Below, one piece after another: positions 40,736 through 51,520 of a stretch of 64,000 nucleotides of DNA. Source of the DNA: an uncultured virus (IMG/VR IMGVR_UViG_3300032038_000058). Its lineage: Duplodnaviria > Heunggongvirae > Uroviricota > Caudoviricetes. Where the stretch lies: the IMG/VR virus record IMGVR_UViG_3300032038_000058; one strand, given 5' to 3'. Each line of letters starts with the position of its first letter. The first letter of the stretch is position 1. The notes beneath the pieces are model-generated. The model did not search any database. It was not told where the DNA came from and saw nothing but the letters and a program-made list of their open reading frames with translations. The position numbers were made by a program, and so were the translations under genes.

Positions 40736-42943
40736 TTAAAATTTAACTTTTATTACTCTTTTGAATGAGCCACTTAGTCTTAAGATAACCTCATCTCTTA
40801 CCGTAGCATTGAATCCGAGCCCTGACAGCTGTTTTGGAGTAGATTCAACCTTAAGCCTAGATCCAAGAACCTCCATTACTTTTCTGTGATCAAGAAGGTC
40901 ACTCTTAAGATACTCGTTATGAATTGAACGAATACTTTCCGGTGCTGTGGCTCCCTGTAACATAAAGAAGTAGTGCTTATTTCCTATTTCATTAGTCCAG
41001 AAGTTTGGGCTAGGACAAATAAGACTGACTTTGTGAAATTTACACGTATCTAGTCCATAGACTGTTTCAGGAGTTTCATCACTTCCTACGAAATACTTAC
41101 CCTGTTCTACTTCTATTACACCATTAGGCTTAACATGTACAGTAGCTAAGTGAGCATCATTATTTTCTCTAATCTCTTGTCGGATCTCATATTTATAGGT
41201 TTCTCCGTTAATGAAAATCTCTGCACGAGCACCATTATTTCCACCGCCATTGAAGTTGTGTATAAAGAATTCATACCTTCCTACCTTAACCTTAGACAAA
41301 TCCGGGTAGAAGATGTTCTCGACAGCAACTCCACTACTATACCCGCATTGTTCTTTTGGTCTGGTAATATCGATGTCAATTACACCACCTCCTTTAGACA
41401 TACATTGACCAATTCGTTTCATATCCCTACCAATATTATGGCTACCGTAGTAAATATGATCAAGTGTATCAAGTTCTTTACAGTGTAGGTCTAGGTCAGT
41501 AGAATTAGCATCACCTGTTTCATTCCAAATCATAGAACATCTAAACGGTGCATCTACAAAACCACCAGCTGCCTTAACGGCTTGCTTAATCATACTCTTT
41601 CCAGCAAGATTACCTACGTATGTCCATGAGAAATTATTATCCCATTTGAAAATACGCTTACTGTCTTTGTTCTTTGAGGTAAGAAGCGTCATGAAATTAT
41701 TCTTATTCTTATTAGTTAAGAATAGTTCAACCTGAGTACATCCAGGAAGAATATCTTTCATAAACTTCTCAATGCTTACTTCCTCTACTTTATCGAATTC
41801 GGATCTCTTATGTCTTGTGGTCGCGGTAGGCTTGAGATTATCGAATATACTAATCTTTGTTTTAACTTCATTGGCATCCGCATTAGCAAATAAGATCTCA
41901 TTAACGTCGATATCCTCTATAGTAGCACAACGTCTATCAAAAGAGTCTGCATATCCATTCTGCTCAACGAACTCTTCTGCAGCTTTAATCTGTTTTTGAG
42001 TGATCGGTGCACTTGCCTTCATATAGTTAGCTGGATCTACCATCTTATTGAAAGCTTTACATGCCTCATTGATTTCTTTTCCCTCTGTTAATTCAACTAA
42101 GAGGGTTCCGATAGCAGTATTTCTAAATGCACAGGCAGGTCCCCACTCGAGAGACTTTAACCATAACCAAGACTCTTTCTTCTCAGTAGGAATATTTTCA
42201 TACTCTTCTGCGTATTTCAATGCTTTTTTTACATTCTTTATATAAGAAGCACCATTCAGCAATGACCCTTGTGCCTCAAGATCAATAACCAATTGCATTG
42301 TATCTTTTGAAATTTCATTGAGACCTCTTTTAAATACGTCCTTAAGCTGTCTCGGAGTAGCCATAAGCTGGTCTTTACTTTTCCCACTAAAATCAATAAA
42401 CTGTTTAGGGATAGTTATAAACATATGGTGGTATGTGTAAGTATCATTTACCTTGAACGGAGCTTGTGGCCAACGATCAACGTCTTCTTGGGTATAACGC
42501 TTAGTATTTTTCTGAACACCTAACTTAAATGCTGACTGATCCCTTCTCGGATTAATCTCGTAGGGTGTTTTGTACATTGCTAAGAATGTATAAGTTTCTA
42601 CAAATATCTCACTAACAGTACTCTTATGAATAAGTGAGGTCATTTCTTTTAAAGAATTCTTATACCCCTCAGGCACTTCATTATCATCCAAATCAAAAAG
42701 TGACATTATCTCAAGAGTTTCTGGATCAATGCTTACTACGTTTCCATACCTCTTGATAAATCCGTGACAATAATTACAATTATGTACACTAGATTCTGTA
42801 GATCTCCACACTGGATCGTTTGGCTTGAAACCTTCCATGTAAGCCATCCAAAGTAGCTCTCCTTCTACGTTACATCTAAATAATCTACCAGTTTTACACA
42901 TTTTGTCAAACTGATTCTGAATTAATTTACATAAATTTTCCAT
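40736..42943 (-). CDS. Large phage protein with HNCNYC motif and C-terminal DLDLH (YfaP-like) domain
   Basis: HNCNYCHGF; TDLDLH ... IDID ... AVENIF. Start placed at MENL. Confidence 0.6.
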   Translation of the reverse strand: MENLCKLIQNQFDKMCKTGRLFRCNVEGELLWMAYMEGFKPNDPVWRSTESSVHNCNYCHGFIKRYGNVVSIDPETLEIMSLFDLDDNEVPEGYKNSLKEMTSLIHKSTVSEIFVETYTFLAMYKTPYEINPRRDQSAFKLGVQKNTKRYTQEDVDRWPQAPFKVNDTYTYHHMFITIPKQFIDFSGKSKDQLMATPRQLKDVFKRGLNEISKDTMQLVIDLEAQGSLLNGASYIKNVKKALKYAEEYENIPTEKKESWLWLKSLEWGPACAFRNTAIGTLLVELTEGKEINEACKAFNKMVDPANYMKASAPITQKQIKAAEEFVEQNGYADSFDRRCATIEDIDVNEILFANADANEVKTKISIFDNLKPTATTRHKRSEFDKVEEVSIEKFMKDILPGCTQVELFLTNKNKNNFMTLLTSKNKDSKRIFKWDNNFSWTYVGNLAGKSMIKQAVKAAGGFVDAPFRCSMIWNETGDANSTDLDLHCKELDTLDHIYYGSHNIGRDMKRIGQCMSKGGGVIDIDITRPKEQCGYSSGVAVENIFYPDLSKVKVGRYEFFIHNFNGGGNNGARAEIFINGETYKYEIRQEIRENNDAHLATVHVKPNGVIEVEQGKYFVGSDETPETVYGLDTCKFHKVSLICPSPNFWTNEIGNKHYFFMLQGATAPESIRSIHNEYLKSDLLDHRKVMEVLGSRLKVESTPKQLSGLGFNATVRDEVILRLSGSFKRVIKVKF

Positions 42944-43004
42944 AAATTTTTTTATTAAATTTATAATCATTTATAAGGAAATACTGGGTAAAAGAAAAAT
43001 AGCC

Positions 43005-43598
43005 CTAGAATGGACTATTGTAGAAATAAATTGTAGATAATAAACTTAACTTTAATAGATATTCATCCTCAAAGAAAAGTCGGTATTGAATTGGTTGCTT
43101 GTCGAAGATATCCCAAATATTATCTTTAGAAAATTTTATTTTAACATACTTTAATAATCTTCTCTCTACTTGTTTTATTGTAAAGTATTTAAGATGATTT
43201 TCTACTTCATCCCTTATTGATTTATTATTATCCCACTTTTTTCTTTTTTCCTTAACTTGACTTTTTCTTAGAAAAGAGATATCACTTAGGTTTATATTCT
43301 TTTCAAGAACGCTTGGTGTTAAGTATTTTATACAAGAAATTGTTGGTTCAGTTTTAAAGCATAAGTATATTTTCTCCCTCCCAAGACTTAAGAAAATATC
43401 TTCATGAAAATCAAAAAATCTAACCAAACTCTCTTTATTCATATTTGTAAAATATTCTTTTAGTATAATAAATTCCTCTTCGGGAATCTTTTTCTTAAGA
43501 TTGTAAATATTTAACAGTCTCATAGGAGTATCCGAAAAATAAACAATCATTTTCTTTTTAAAAAACTTATAATTAAAATTATAACTCTCAATTAACAT
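43005..43598 (-). CDS. Hypothetical protein
   Basis: AT-rich ORF; start uncertain. Confidence 0.45.
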   Translation of the reverse strand: MLIESYNFNYKFFKKKMIVYFSDTPMRLLNIYNLKKKIPEEEFIILKEYFTNMNKESLVRFFDFHEDIFLSLGREKIYLCFKTEPTISCIKYLTPSVLEKNINLSDISFLRKSQVKEKRKKWDNNKSIRDEVENHLKYFTIKQVERRLLKYVKIKFSKDNIWDIFDKQPIQYRLFFEDEYLLKLSLLSTIYFYNSPF

Positions 43599-43680
43599 AA
43601 TATATATATAATTAAAAAATAAGCAGTCTATTCATCACGAACCAACTACCCTTATTAGTAAATAATATGATATACTTAAA

Positions 43681-43911
43681 TTACTTATTAACTTTTTTGT
43701 AAAATGATAATTCCTTCTTCAAGACTTTGTTTTCTTGTCTCAATGAATCAATCTCTCTAGTCATACGCTTAACTTTATTGTTAAGTTTTTCAGTTCTTTC
43801 TATTAATGCTTTTATACTTTTTTCATTAGAGAGAATTTTCTTTTCCATAGACTCCTCTTTCATAAATATTAAATTAATTGTTGGGTTTGAATACGGCTCT
43901 GTTTCTGTCAT
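43681..43911 (-). CDS. Small coiled-coil protein
   Basis: Heptad-like C-terminus; coupled to the upstream gene. Confidence 0.45.
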   Translation of the reverse strand: MTETEPYSNPTINLIFMKEESMEKKILSNEKSIKALIERTEKLNNKVKRMTREIDSLRQENKVLKKELSFYKKVNK

Positions 43912-44645
43912 TTTTCTAAACCTCTAACTTCAAATAATTCATTTATTCCTAAACATCTATATAACATATCACCAATATGTCCGGAGTAAGATCTATGATA
44001 ATGTCCGTAGAACCACCTAGAACATTTAATCTCTTCAAGAATATAATCTAAATATTTTCTAGTTTCTAATACCTTTTCCCAAGTCTCAAATTTCACATCT
44101 TCTTGTCTAATAGGAATAGGTTCAAAAGAAAGTGGTGCATCGTGAGAAACTATGATATCTACTTTAATAGGTAAATTATCATATTTCATAATTGGTGTTT
44201 CATTTTCCCACCAGCATCTTTTTCTACTTCCACGCCTAATAAAATTATCGTTTTCTTCCCTTCTAGTTTTTCCAGTATAGGGATCCTTTCTGTCAATGTC
44301 TATCGATACTGCTCCTCCGACAGGGTAGATTTTTATTCCGGATAGTTCAATAATTTCATGACTCGGTAGGAACTTAAGTCTATCGTAATCGTGTTTTTTA
44401 TCAAAGTAACTAGGGTCGTCGTGATTACCATTTATAGTATAAATAGTTAAATCATTCTCAATTAATCTCTTTTCAACCTCCCTATATCTTACGTCCATAG
44501 AATTAGGTCCACCAAAACCAACCCCAAAATCACCTAAGATTAGTATATCTGCATTTTTTAAAGACCATTTTTGAAATAATTCTTCATATACAAGTTTCTT
44601 TAACTCCCCGTGTATATCACCACACATAAATAACGATCTTTCCAT
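43908..44645 (-). CDS. Calcineurin-like metallophosphoesterase
   Basis: GDIHG, LGDFG, NGNHD, SHDAP, GHYH. Confidence 0.88.
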   Translation of the reverse strand: MERSLFMCGDIHGELKKLVYEELFQKWSLKNADILILGDFGVGFGGPNSMDVRYREVEKRLIENDLTIYTINGNHDDPSYFDKKHDYDRLKFLPSHEIIELSGIKIYPVGGAVSIDIDRKDPYTGKTRREENDNFIRRGSRKRCWWENETPIMKYDNLPIKVDIIVSHDAPLSFEPIPIRQEDVKFETWEKVLETRKYLDYILEEIKCSRWFYGHYHRSYSGHIGDMLYRCLGINELFEVRGLEK

Positions 44646-44749
44646 ATTCTATTTTATTATTTTCTATCTATAAGGATATAAAACTGGTTAGACTGCGAAA
44701 TAATCACTACCAAATCCTTATAAGTGATTATAAATTTAATAAAATTAAT

Positions 44750-45466
44750 ATGAGTAAGAAATTTAAATTTAGTGATTTCAGAAATTACTTTAAAGCAAGA
44801 AAACCATTTATGATGACGGCATTTGATGATATAGTAAAGCATCAGCCAAAAGGTATCATCACACCCTATATTACAAGGGAAAGCCAAGATAGAATGATTC
44901 AAGTAGATGTATTTTCTGAATTAATGGCAAACAGAATTATATTTTTCGGCGATGAAGTCAACTCTACTACAAGTGCTGTGGCCGTTGCTCAATTACTTTA
45001 TATGAGAAGTGTTGATAAGACTGCACCAGTATCTGTATTCATTGAAAGTCCGGGGGGATCTGTTTATGATGGTCTCGCTGTATATGACACAATGACGATG
45101 ATGAAGAAAGATTGTGAGATTACTACTGTGGCGTTAGGATTAGCTGCTAGTATGGGTAGTATTCTTTTACAAGGAGGTACTAGGGGAAAGAGATCAGCCT
45201 TACCACATACAAGAGTTCTTATACATCAACCCCTCAGTGGAACAGGAGCAGGATCACACCAAGCAACAGATATTGAAATTCTTAGTAAAGAGACAAATAT
45301 ATTAAAAAAAGAATTAATTGGAATTTTAGCTAGTGCATCTGGTAAGCCATTTGATGAAGTGTACGCTGATTGTGAAAGAGATCATTGGTTGAAAGCAGAA
45401 GAATGTTTGCCAGGTAAATATGGAGAGTTTGGCTTGATAGATACTATTGCAGATACACTATTCTAA
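44750..45466 (+). CDS. clpP: ClpP protease subunit
   Basis: DVFSELMANRIIF, IESPGGSVYDGLAVYDTM, GLAASMGS, LIHQP, ERDHW. Confidence 0.92.
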   Translation: MSKKFKFSDFRNYFKARKPFMMTAFDDIVKHQPKGIITPYITRESQDRMIQVDVFSELMANRIIFFGDEVNSTTSAVAVAQLLYMRSVDKTAPVSVFIESPGGSVYDGLAVYDTMTMMKKDCEITTVALGLAASMGSILLQGGTRGKRSALPHTRVLIHQPLSGTGAGSHQATDIEILSKETNILKKELIGILASASGKPFDEVYADCERDHWLKAEECLPGKYGEFGLIDTIADTLF

Positions 45467-45486
45467 AAAATAAAAGAAGGTAGAAA

Positions 45487-46335
45487 TTAATCTACCTTTT
45501 CTTTTTTACTATATTCTGCCAATTGTTTCTTTTTATCTTCTTCTAAATACCTTTCTCTCTGTTGATCTAGTGTACCTATATCGTTCTTCTTTTTATTAGT
45601 TCCATTATCAATCCTCTTCACATTCTTTAGAAACCAAGAAATAATTAATTTTATATAATCTAACAAAAGATCATTGTCTTCTTCAGGCTCAAAATCCTCA
45701 CTTTTATATTTTACTACCCAGTCACTGAATAACAAGTCTATTGGATAGAGTAATAGAGGACTTTGTATTGTGAACCTTATATTTTTTTCATCACTATACT
45801 TACTGTCTTCTAACCTATCTTTCCATAATTTAAAATCCACATAAGGTACAGCAATTTCCTGATCAAAATCACTTTCTACGTAACTATTATTAATCTGAAC
45901 TTTAAAATCATCTGGTACAGTTACGTCTATGTAAGAATATTCAGGTTCAATAATATCATCGTATATTCTTTTTAAAGACATTCTTCCTGTTTCTGAGAGT
46001 ACAAGAACTATTCTATCCTCGCTGTCGATGGCAATTACGGAACCATTTAGTAATATACAGTTTCCAGGTCGAAGTTCTTTTGTATCGCCTAAGAAGTCTC
46101 TATTCTCCTCGTATAAAATAACCTCTTCCTCCCTAAATCCCTTCATCATAACTTTACCAGATGAATCATATTTCGGAAATTTCATTGTTTCCTTGTGAAC
46201 TATATTTTTGGGGAAATAAGAATGTTCCCAGTCAATTACTCTATTTATTTTTTTCAATAATCCGGGCTGGGTAAAATCATTTATACCTCTATTACATCCA
46301 CATTTGTACTTTTGCTCTAATACTTCAACTATCAT
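45487..46335 (-). CDS. Hypothetical protein
   Basis: ORF after the promoter motif at 46361-46371. Confidence 0.6.
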   Translation of the reverse strand: MIVEVLEQKYKCGCNRGINDFTQPGLLKKINRVIDWEHSYFPKNIVHKETMKFPKYDSSGKVMMKGFREEEVILYEENRDFLGDTKELRPGNCILLNGSVIAIDSEDRIVLVLSETGRMSLKRIYDDIIEPEYSYIDVTVPDDFKVQINNSYVESDFDQEIAVPYVDFKLWKDRLEDSKYSDEKNIRFTIQSPLLLYPIDLLFSDWVVKYKSEDFEPEEDNDLLLDYIKLIISWFLKNVKRIDNGTNKKKNDIGTLDQQRERYLEEDKKKQLAEYSKKEKVD

Positions 46336-46407
46336 TATTTCTTATTTTTTAATTCATTTACATAAATAAGGAAAAGAAAGTAGAGTCTAACCCCACTTTC
46401 TAATCTT

Positions 46408-47070
46408 TTATAAACCAAATTGATCTAATACAGGAAGGATAACTTGTTTTATTGCTTCTCCATCCTCTTTCCACTTTCCGTTGACTTCTAACTCTAATGT
46501 TTGTCTGGCATCTAACTGAGAACTATACTTTGTTAAGGCAGAACATTCCCAATCTATTATAAGATCTATTGCATTTAACTTATCCCAACCTTTCTTTTTT
46601 CCATACTCGAGATGGTGACTATTATGCTCACGGTGCCATTTTTGAACTTTCTTGTAGTCTTTCCTATACCACAGCTTTAGCCAAGGTTTTTCAATATCAT
46701 GTAGAAGATGTCTCGGTTTCCACACTCCTAGGTTTAAAGCTAGCATTTGAAAAGCACACCAATGGGCAAACCAGTATTTGAATGAACTTCTTTGGTCTTT
46801 CCGGAATAAATGAACCTCTTTCATATATCCCCTCAGAGATATTAGATCATTAAACGCATATAATTTTTCTCCGGCAAAACATATCACATATGAATTAAAT
46901 CCAATAGCTATATCGCCGGTCTTATCATCTACTATATTTCCGTAATGATCTTTCTTAACCCCTACTAGATTAAATCTCTGTTTAATATATTCATAGTTAG
47001 TGCCATCATATTTGACTGGCTCATGAAACTCTAACTCTTCTTTTGTCTTTCTAAATCTAAACTTTTTCAT
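46408..47070 (-). CDS. HD-like domain protein
   Basis: HW ... LLHDIEK ... HREHNSHH ... IDWEC. Likely start at MKKFRF; the 47166 start overlaps the RlmN-like gene. Confidence 0.55.
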   Translation of the reverse strand: MKKFRFRKTKEELEFHEPVKYDGTNYEYIKQRFNLVGVKKDHYGNIVDDKTGDIAIGFNSYVICFAGEKLYAFNDLISLRGYMKEVHLFRKDQRSSFKYWFAHWCAFQMLALNLGVWKPRHLLHDIEKPWLKLWYRKDYKKVQKWHREHNSHHLEYGKKKGWDKLNAIDLIIDWECSALTKYSSQLDARQTLELEVNGKWKEDGEAIKQVILPVLDQFGL

Positions 47071-47965
47071 TTTTCTGTAACCATTCTTGAAAATACCATA
47101 ATTGTCCACATCCTCCACCAATGTCATCTTGTCCTGCAGGATTAAACACGCGGAGGGATGCACCACCTTCTAGCATATATTTCTGAAATTCATTAATAAT
47201 ATCTAATTGTCTATCAATAGATGACTTAACACTTTCATCTTTTTCACAAATTACACTAAGAGTACATTCCCACACTCTCGGATCAAATATTTCTAATAAT
47301 CTTTTGGCATCCTCTTTCGTATTATTCCCCTCATGTACACAATAATTATAGAAAGGCTTACGATTAGTAAATGCAGCCCAAGTATTACCAAGAGTTGAAA
47401 TTTGTCTTAATGTACAAGTTTTAGTTGGTATCAATTTTGCTCTATTCTCATCTAAAGATTCATGAACAGAGAACTGTAAGCCAACCTTATCTATTAGCTG
47501 AGACAACGCAATAAATCTAGAAAACACTTTTTCAATTCCTTGTGGTGCTGAAGTACTTACGAGAAGCTGAGCATTTGAATACTTTACATTAAGAACTTTA
47601 ATAGCCTCTTCTAGGTTATCATAGTTCTGCATCGGTTCGCCCATACTCATAAACATTATTTGAAACTTCTCTATATCATCTGTTTTCGTATCCCCTAGTA
47701 CACTGTCTCTTATAACAGTATCCACTTGGTCAATAATCTCACGGGCAGATAAATTTCTAATAAAGAATCTTCCAGTCCAGCAAAAAGTACACCCAACTGG
47801 ACAACCGCTCATAACTGAACAACAAATAACTGTCCTTTTCTGATAAGATCCATACCGATATAGTACAGCCTCGGCAATAGCTTCTTTAATATCTTTCGTT
47901 TTCTCCCATTCAAAAACGAATTTTTTTACATTAGTGTCGCTTGAATTAAATACTTTATATGTCAT
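47057..47965 (-). CDS. RlmN/Cfr-family radical SAM RNA methyltransferase
   Basis: SVMSGCPVGCTFCWTG, RNLSAREI, MSMGEP, SVH, DIGGGCGQL. Confidence 0.85.
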   Translation of the reverse strand: MTYKVFNSSDTNVKKFVFEWEKTKDIKEAIAEAVLYRYGSYQKRTVICCSVMSGCPVGCTFCWTGRFFIRNLSAREIIDQVDTVIRDSVLGDTKTDDIEKFQIMFMSMGEPMQNYDNLEEAIKVLNVKYSNAQLLVSTSAPQGIEKVFSRFIALSQLIDKVGLQFSVHESLDENRAKLIPTKTCTLRQISTLGNTWAAFTNRKPFYNYCVHEGNNTKEDAKRLLEIFDPRVWECTLSVICEKDESVKSSIDRQLDIINEFQKYMLEGGASLRVFNPAGQDDIGGGCGQLWYFQEWLQKNEKV

Positions 47966-47980
47966 TTTATTTTATAAAAT

Positions 47981-49870
47981 TTATAATAACCAATCATTAA
48001 CTACTGCATCACTAGGCATTCTCCAGTCACCCCTAGGACTAAGACTAACTGATCCAATCTTAGGTCCATCAGGAACACAGGATCTTTTAAATTGTTGTGA
48101 GAAAAACCTCTTGATAAATTTACTATACCAATCCTTAATTACTTCTTTTCCGTAGTATTTTTCAAACTTAGCATTTTCCGCCAAGAATAAAATCTTATCG
48201 CTTGAAAAATTATGTCGTACTAGGTTATATAAGAAGAAGTCGTGAAGTTCATACGGTCCAATCTTATCTTCGGTCACCTGTGCATTTTCTCCTTCTGCAC
48301 CCGAACCTGTTAATTCTGGGGAAACAGGAGTTGAAAGTATGTCATGTAATACCTTACCTATCTCTTGCGTCTCAGTGCAATACTGAATATAATAACCGAT
48401 TAATCTTTTTATTAATGTCTTAGGAACGGAACAATTTACGTTATACATAGACATATGATCGGCATTATATGTACACCAACCTAATGCCGCTTCACTTAGA
48501 TCACCGGTTCCAATTACTAAGGCGCCCTCTTGATTACTTAGGTTCATCAAGATCTGTGTCCTACTTCTTGCCTGAACATTCTCATAGGTTATATCCTGAG
48601 TCTCTAGATCATGCCCTAAGGATTTTAATTCAGCCTCACACATTGCTTTAATATCAATTTCCCTAGAATCAATTCCGAATAACTCCATTAAACGAAGAGA
48701 ATTACCCTTTGTTCTCTGACTTGTAGCAAATCCAGGCATAGTTACCCCAATTATATCGGTCATTGGTCTTCCTAATTTTTTCATTGCCTCAATCGTAACC
48801 AATAATGCCCAAGTAGAATCAGAACCTCCACTGATTCCTAATATGGCCTTCATTCCAGTATGTTCTAATCTTTTTGCTAAGGCTAAACTCTGCATGGATA
48901 GTATTGATTCATATACACCCTTTTCATTCTTCTTAGGTATAAAAGGAGTACCATCATACTCTCTTACTGTATATGATAGGTGACTATTAAACTCTGCGAG
49001 AATTGGTAAATCTACATTAATAACATCAACTTTTTCTGCACAACCAGACTCTAAGAAATTCCTAAAAGTATTATTAACTCTTCTATCATTTCTAATACTT
49101 TCAACGTCAATATCGCTAAAAGCCAATTGTTCTTTAATATCAAAGAATGTCCTTTCTAGGAGTTTACCGTTTTCAAAGATAAATCCCTTTCCAGAATAAA
49201 CTAAATCTTGAGTACTTTCGCCATATCCCGCACTGCTGTAGACATACCCACAAATAAACCTAGCACTTTGTTGCCGAAGAAGCGCTGACAAGTATTGATC
49301 TTTTCCTATCAAATCATTGGATGCTGATAGATTAAAGATAATATCCGCACCTGATTGTACTAAGTAAGATGACGGTGGAATAGGGGCCCAGACATCTTCA
49401 CAAATTTCTATACCGAAATTAAAATCTTCAGACTTAAATACCACTAAGTTAGAAACTGATCTCGAAAACCACCTAGGCTCATAGAATTCTTTATACCCAG
49501 GGAGATTTCTTTTTCCAACAATTCCTAGTAACTTTCCATACTGTATCACATAAGCAGCATTAATTAGTCTACCATTTTCCTCTGAAGTAGCCCCTATGAT
49601 AAATACTGAACTTCCAAGATCCGATGAGTAATCTATAAGCTCATTTATACCTGCCTTCTCTGCGCTCAATAATGAATCTTGATGGAATAAGTCTCCACAA
49701 GTATATCCCGTTACACAGAGTTCAGGAAATACAGTAATGTTAACTCCTTCCTGATATGATTCTTTCATTAATTTTTTAATTTGAGTAACGTTATATTTAA
49801 CATCCGCAACCTTAACTTTAGGTTTTGCAGTTCCTACTCTAATTAATCTAAAATTTTTTCTTTCATTCAT
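47981..49870 (-). CDS. nadE: Glutamine-dependent NAD+ synthetase
   Basis: Nitrilase domain FPEL, K, EICED; synthetase GISGGSDS, YENVQARSR, GTGDLSE, FKRSCVPDGPK. Confidence 0.93.
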   Translation of the reverse strand: MNERKNFRLIRVGTAKPKVKVADVKYNVTQIKKLMKESYQEGVNITVFPELCVTGYTCGDLFHQDSLLSAEKAGINELIDYSSDLGSSVFIIGATSEENGRLINAAYVIQYGKLLGIVGKRNLPGYKEFYEPRWFSRSVSNLVVFKSEDFNFGIEICEDVWAPIPPSSYLVQSGADIIFNLSASNDLIGKDQYLSALLRQQSARFICGYVYSSAGYGESTQDLVYSGKGFIFENGKLLERTFFDIKEQLAFSDIDVESIRNDRRVNNTFRNFLESGCAEKVDVINVDLPILAEFNSHLSYTVREYDGTPFIPKKNEKGVYESILSMQSLALAKRLEHTGMKAILGISGGSDSTWALLVTIEAMKKLGRPMTDIIGVTMPGFATSQRTKGNSLRLMELFGIDSREIDIKAMCEAELKSLGHDLETQDITYENVQARSRTQILMNLSNQEGALVIGTGDLSEAALGWCTYNADHMSMYNVNCSVPKTLIKRLIGYYIQYCTETQEIGKVLHDILSTPVSPELTGSGAEGENAQVTEDKIGPYELHDFFLYNLVRHNFSSDKILFLAENAKFEKYYGKEVIKDWYSKFIKRFFSQQFKRSCVPDGPKIGSVSLSPRGDWRMPSDAVVNDWLL

Positions 49871-49939
49871 AATTAATATATTTTTAATTCACATTTAAGG
49901 CTTTAAAACCTTATAAAGGAAAACAATAAATTGAAGAAT

Positions 49940-50179
49940 ATGGGAAAAAGTAAAGCAAAAACAAAAGCAATTAAAGCGGGTGGCAGAAAATTGTCTGATA
50001 AAAAAGATAAAATCCGCGCTAATAAAAATTTTAGAAGAAAAACAAAAATTGCAATTAATACGGGAATAGAGGAAAAAATTCCGAAATCTATTAAGGAGGT
50101 ATCCGATGTCTGGGATTTTGCAAGTGACGGATTAGCAACATATGTTCCAGACTTAGAAAAAAAGTATATGAGAAAGTAG
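49940..50179 (+). CDS. Small basic protein
   Basis: K/R-rich ORF with SDVWDFASDG. Confidence 0.55.
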   Translation: MGKSKAKTKAIKAGGRKLSDKKDKIRANKNFRRKTKIAINTGIEEKIPKSIKEVSDVWDFASDGLATYVPDLEKKYMRK

Positions 50180-50225
50180 AGCTAACAACAGCCCTACTTT
50201 TCTTTTCAAAACCTTAACTGTGTAT

Positions 50226-51077
50226 ATGAAAGCTTGTGATATCTGTATAGAAGAAGAATGTAAAGGAGAAAAAACATGTAATTGTGAAACATGTAAAAAT
50301 AAAAATGAATGTCCGAGATATAGGGGTATTCATCCTACAATAAGGATTACTAATAGGTGTACTCAAAGATGTGACCACTGTTGCTTCGCCAGTAATCCTC
50401 TTAGTAATATCATGATGTCAATTGATACTGCAAAAGAGATTTCTACTTTCCTAGAGAAAAATGAAATAAAAACTGTGAATCTAATGGGAGGAGAATTCTT
50501 TTGTAACCCGGATTGGTATGATATTCTGAAAACAATTATAAATACTCCTTCAATTGAGGTAGCCAGACTCGTAACTAATGGTGATTGGGCTGGAATCGAT
50601 GAGGTAGAGATAAAATTAAAAAGCCTAATAGAAGAATATAAGCAAAAGTTTTACCTATCTCTCTCTAAAGATAAATGGCATACTAACAAAAAAGTAGAAT
50701 CTGCCATTAATTTCTTAGAAGCAGCTGGAGGATTTTATAATGTCGCAAAGGAAGAAGAAACAACTAAGGATTCAATAGTACCTGTAGGGAGAGCAATATT
50801 TCATTATGGGATATACTCAACAATGGGATGCTACTGTTATAACCCAATACGAAAATATTGTATATTAATTGATGAAGAAGGTAATATCTATCAATGTAAT
50901 TTTGGAATGTTTAAGTTTGCAAAAATAAAAGACTATATCTCTGGGGGTTTCGCAAAAAGATTTAAGGAGTATAAACAGAAATTTTACAAAACGTTTATTC
51001 CGTCTTGTAGGAGTTGCTCTAGATTTGAAAGTCACTGTACACTTGAAGAAAAGAAATGTTTTATAAAAAGAAAATGA
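50226..51077 (+). CDS. Radical SAM protein with Cys-rich N-terminal extension and Cys-rich C-terminus
   Basis: CDIC/CNCETC leader, ITNRCTQRCDHC, MGGE, VTNG, C-terminal CYC ... C ... CRSC. Confidence 0.85.
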   Translation: MKACDICIEEECKGEKTCNCETCKNKNECPRYRGIHPTIRITNRCTQRCDHCCFASNPLSNIMMSIDTAKEISTFLEKNEIKTVNLMGGEFFCNPDWYDILKTIINTPSIEVARLVTNGDWAGIDEVEIKLKSLIEEYKQKFYLSLSKDKWHTNKKVESAINFLEAAGGFYNVAKEEETTKDSIVPVGRAIFHYGIYSTMGCYCYNPIRKYCILIDEEGNIYQCNFGMFKFAKIKDYISGGFAKRFKEYKQKFYKTFIPSCRSCSRFESHCTLEEKKCFIKRK

Positions 51078-51517
51078 TGATTGAAGAATTAGAACGAAGA
51101 AAACTATATTCTTATTCTAGAGAATACCCTGATTCCTTTCGGGGATATAAAATATATTATTTAAGTCCTTATGGAGATATAGTCCGCCAATGCAAGAACG
51201 GATTAAATGACTATGGAACTTTTAATATACAAAAGAATAATATAATATTAATTAACATATGTAGACTTAAAACGTATCTTCCTGAACTTTTTAATTTTAA
51301 AATACCCGCCGATCCATTACAATCTCAGCCACTTCTTGTACTAACTTTAACTCCAGCATATGTCCTACTTAGATTTGGACCAATATCAAAAAGTCTTACA
51401 GTCAGTGTGTATCCAGAAAACAATCACTATGGAATCGAATATGAAGGGTTACGTTTTCCGGGGTATCAAAAAATAGAAGATATAGTAAATTTTGTAAAAG
51501 AAAATAATATAGAGTAG
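51056..51517 (+). CDS. Hypothetical protein
   Basis: ORF; start uncertain. Confidence 0.5.
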   Translation: MFYKKKMMIEELERRKLYSYSREYPDSFRGYKIYYLSPYGDIVRQCKNGLNDYGTFNIQKNNIILINICRLKTYLPELFNFKIPADPLQSQPLLVLTLTPAYVLLRFGPISKSLTVSVYPENNHYGIEYEGLRFPGYQKIEDIVNFVKENNIE

Positions 51518-51520
51518 AAA

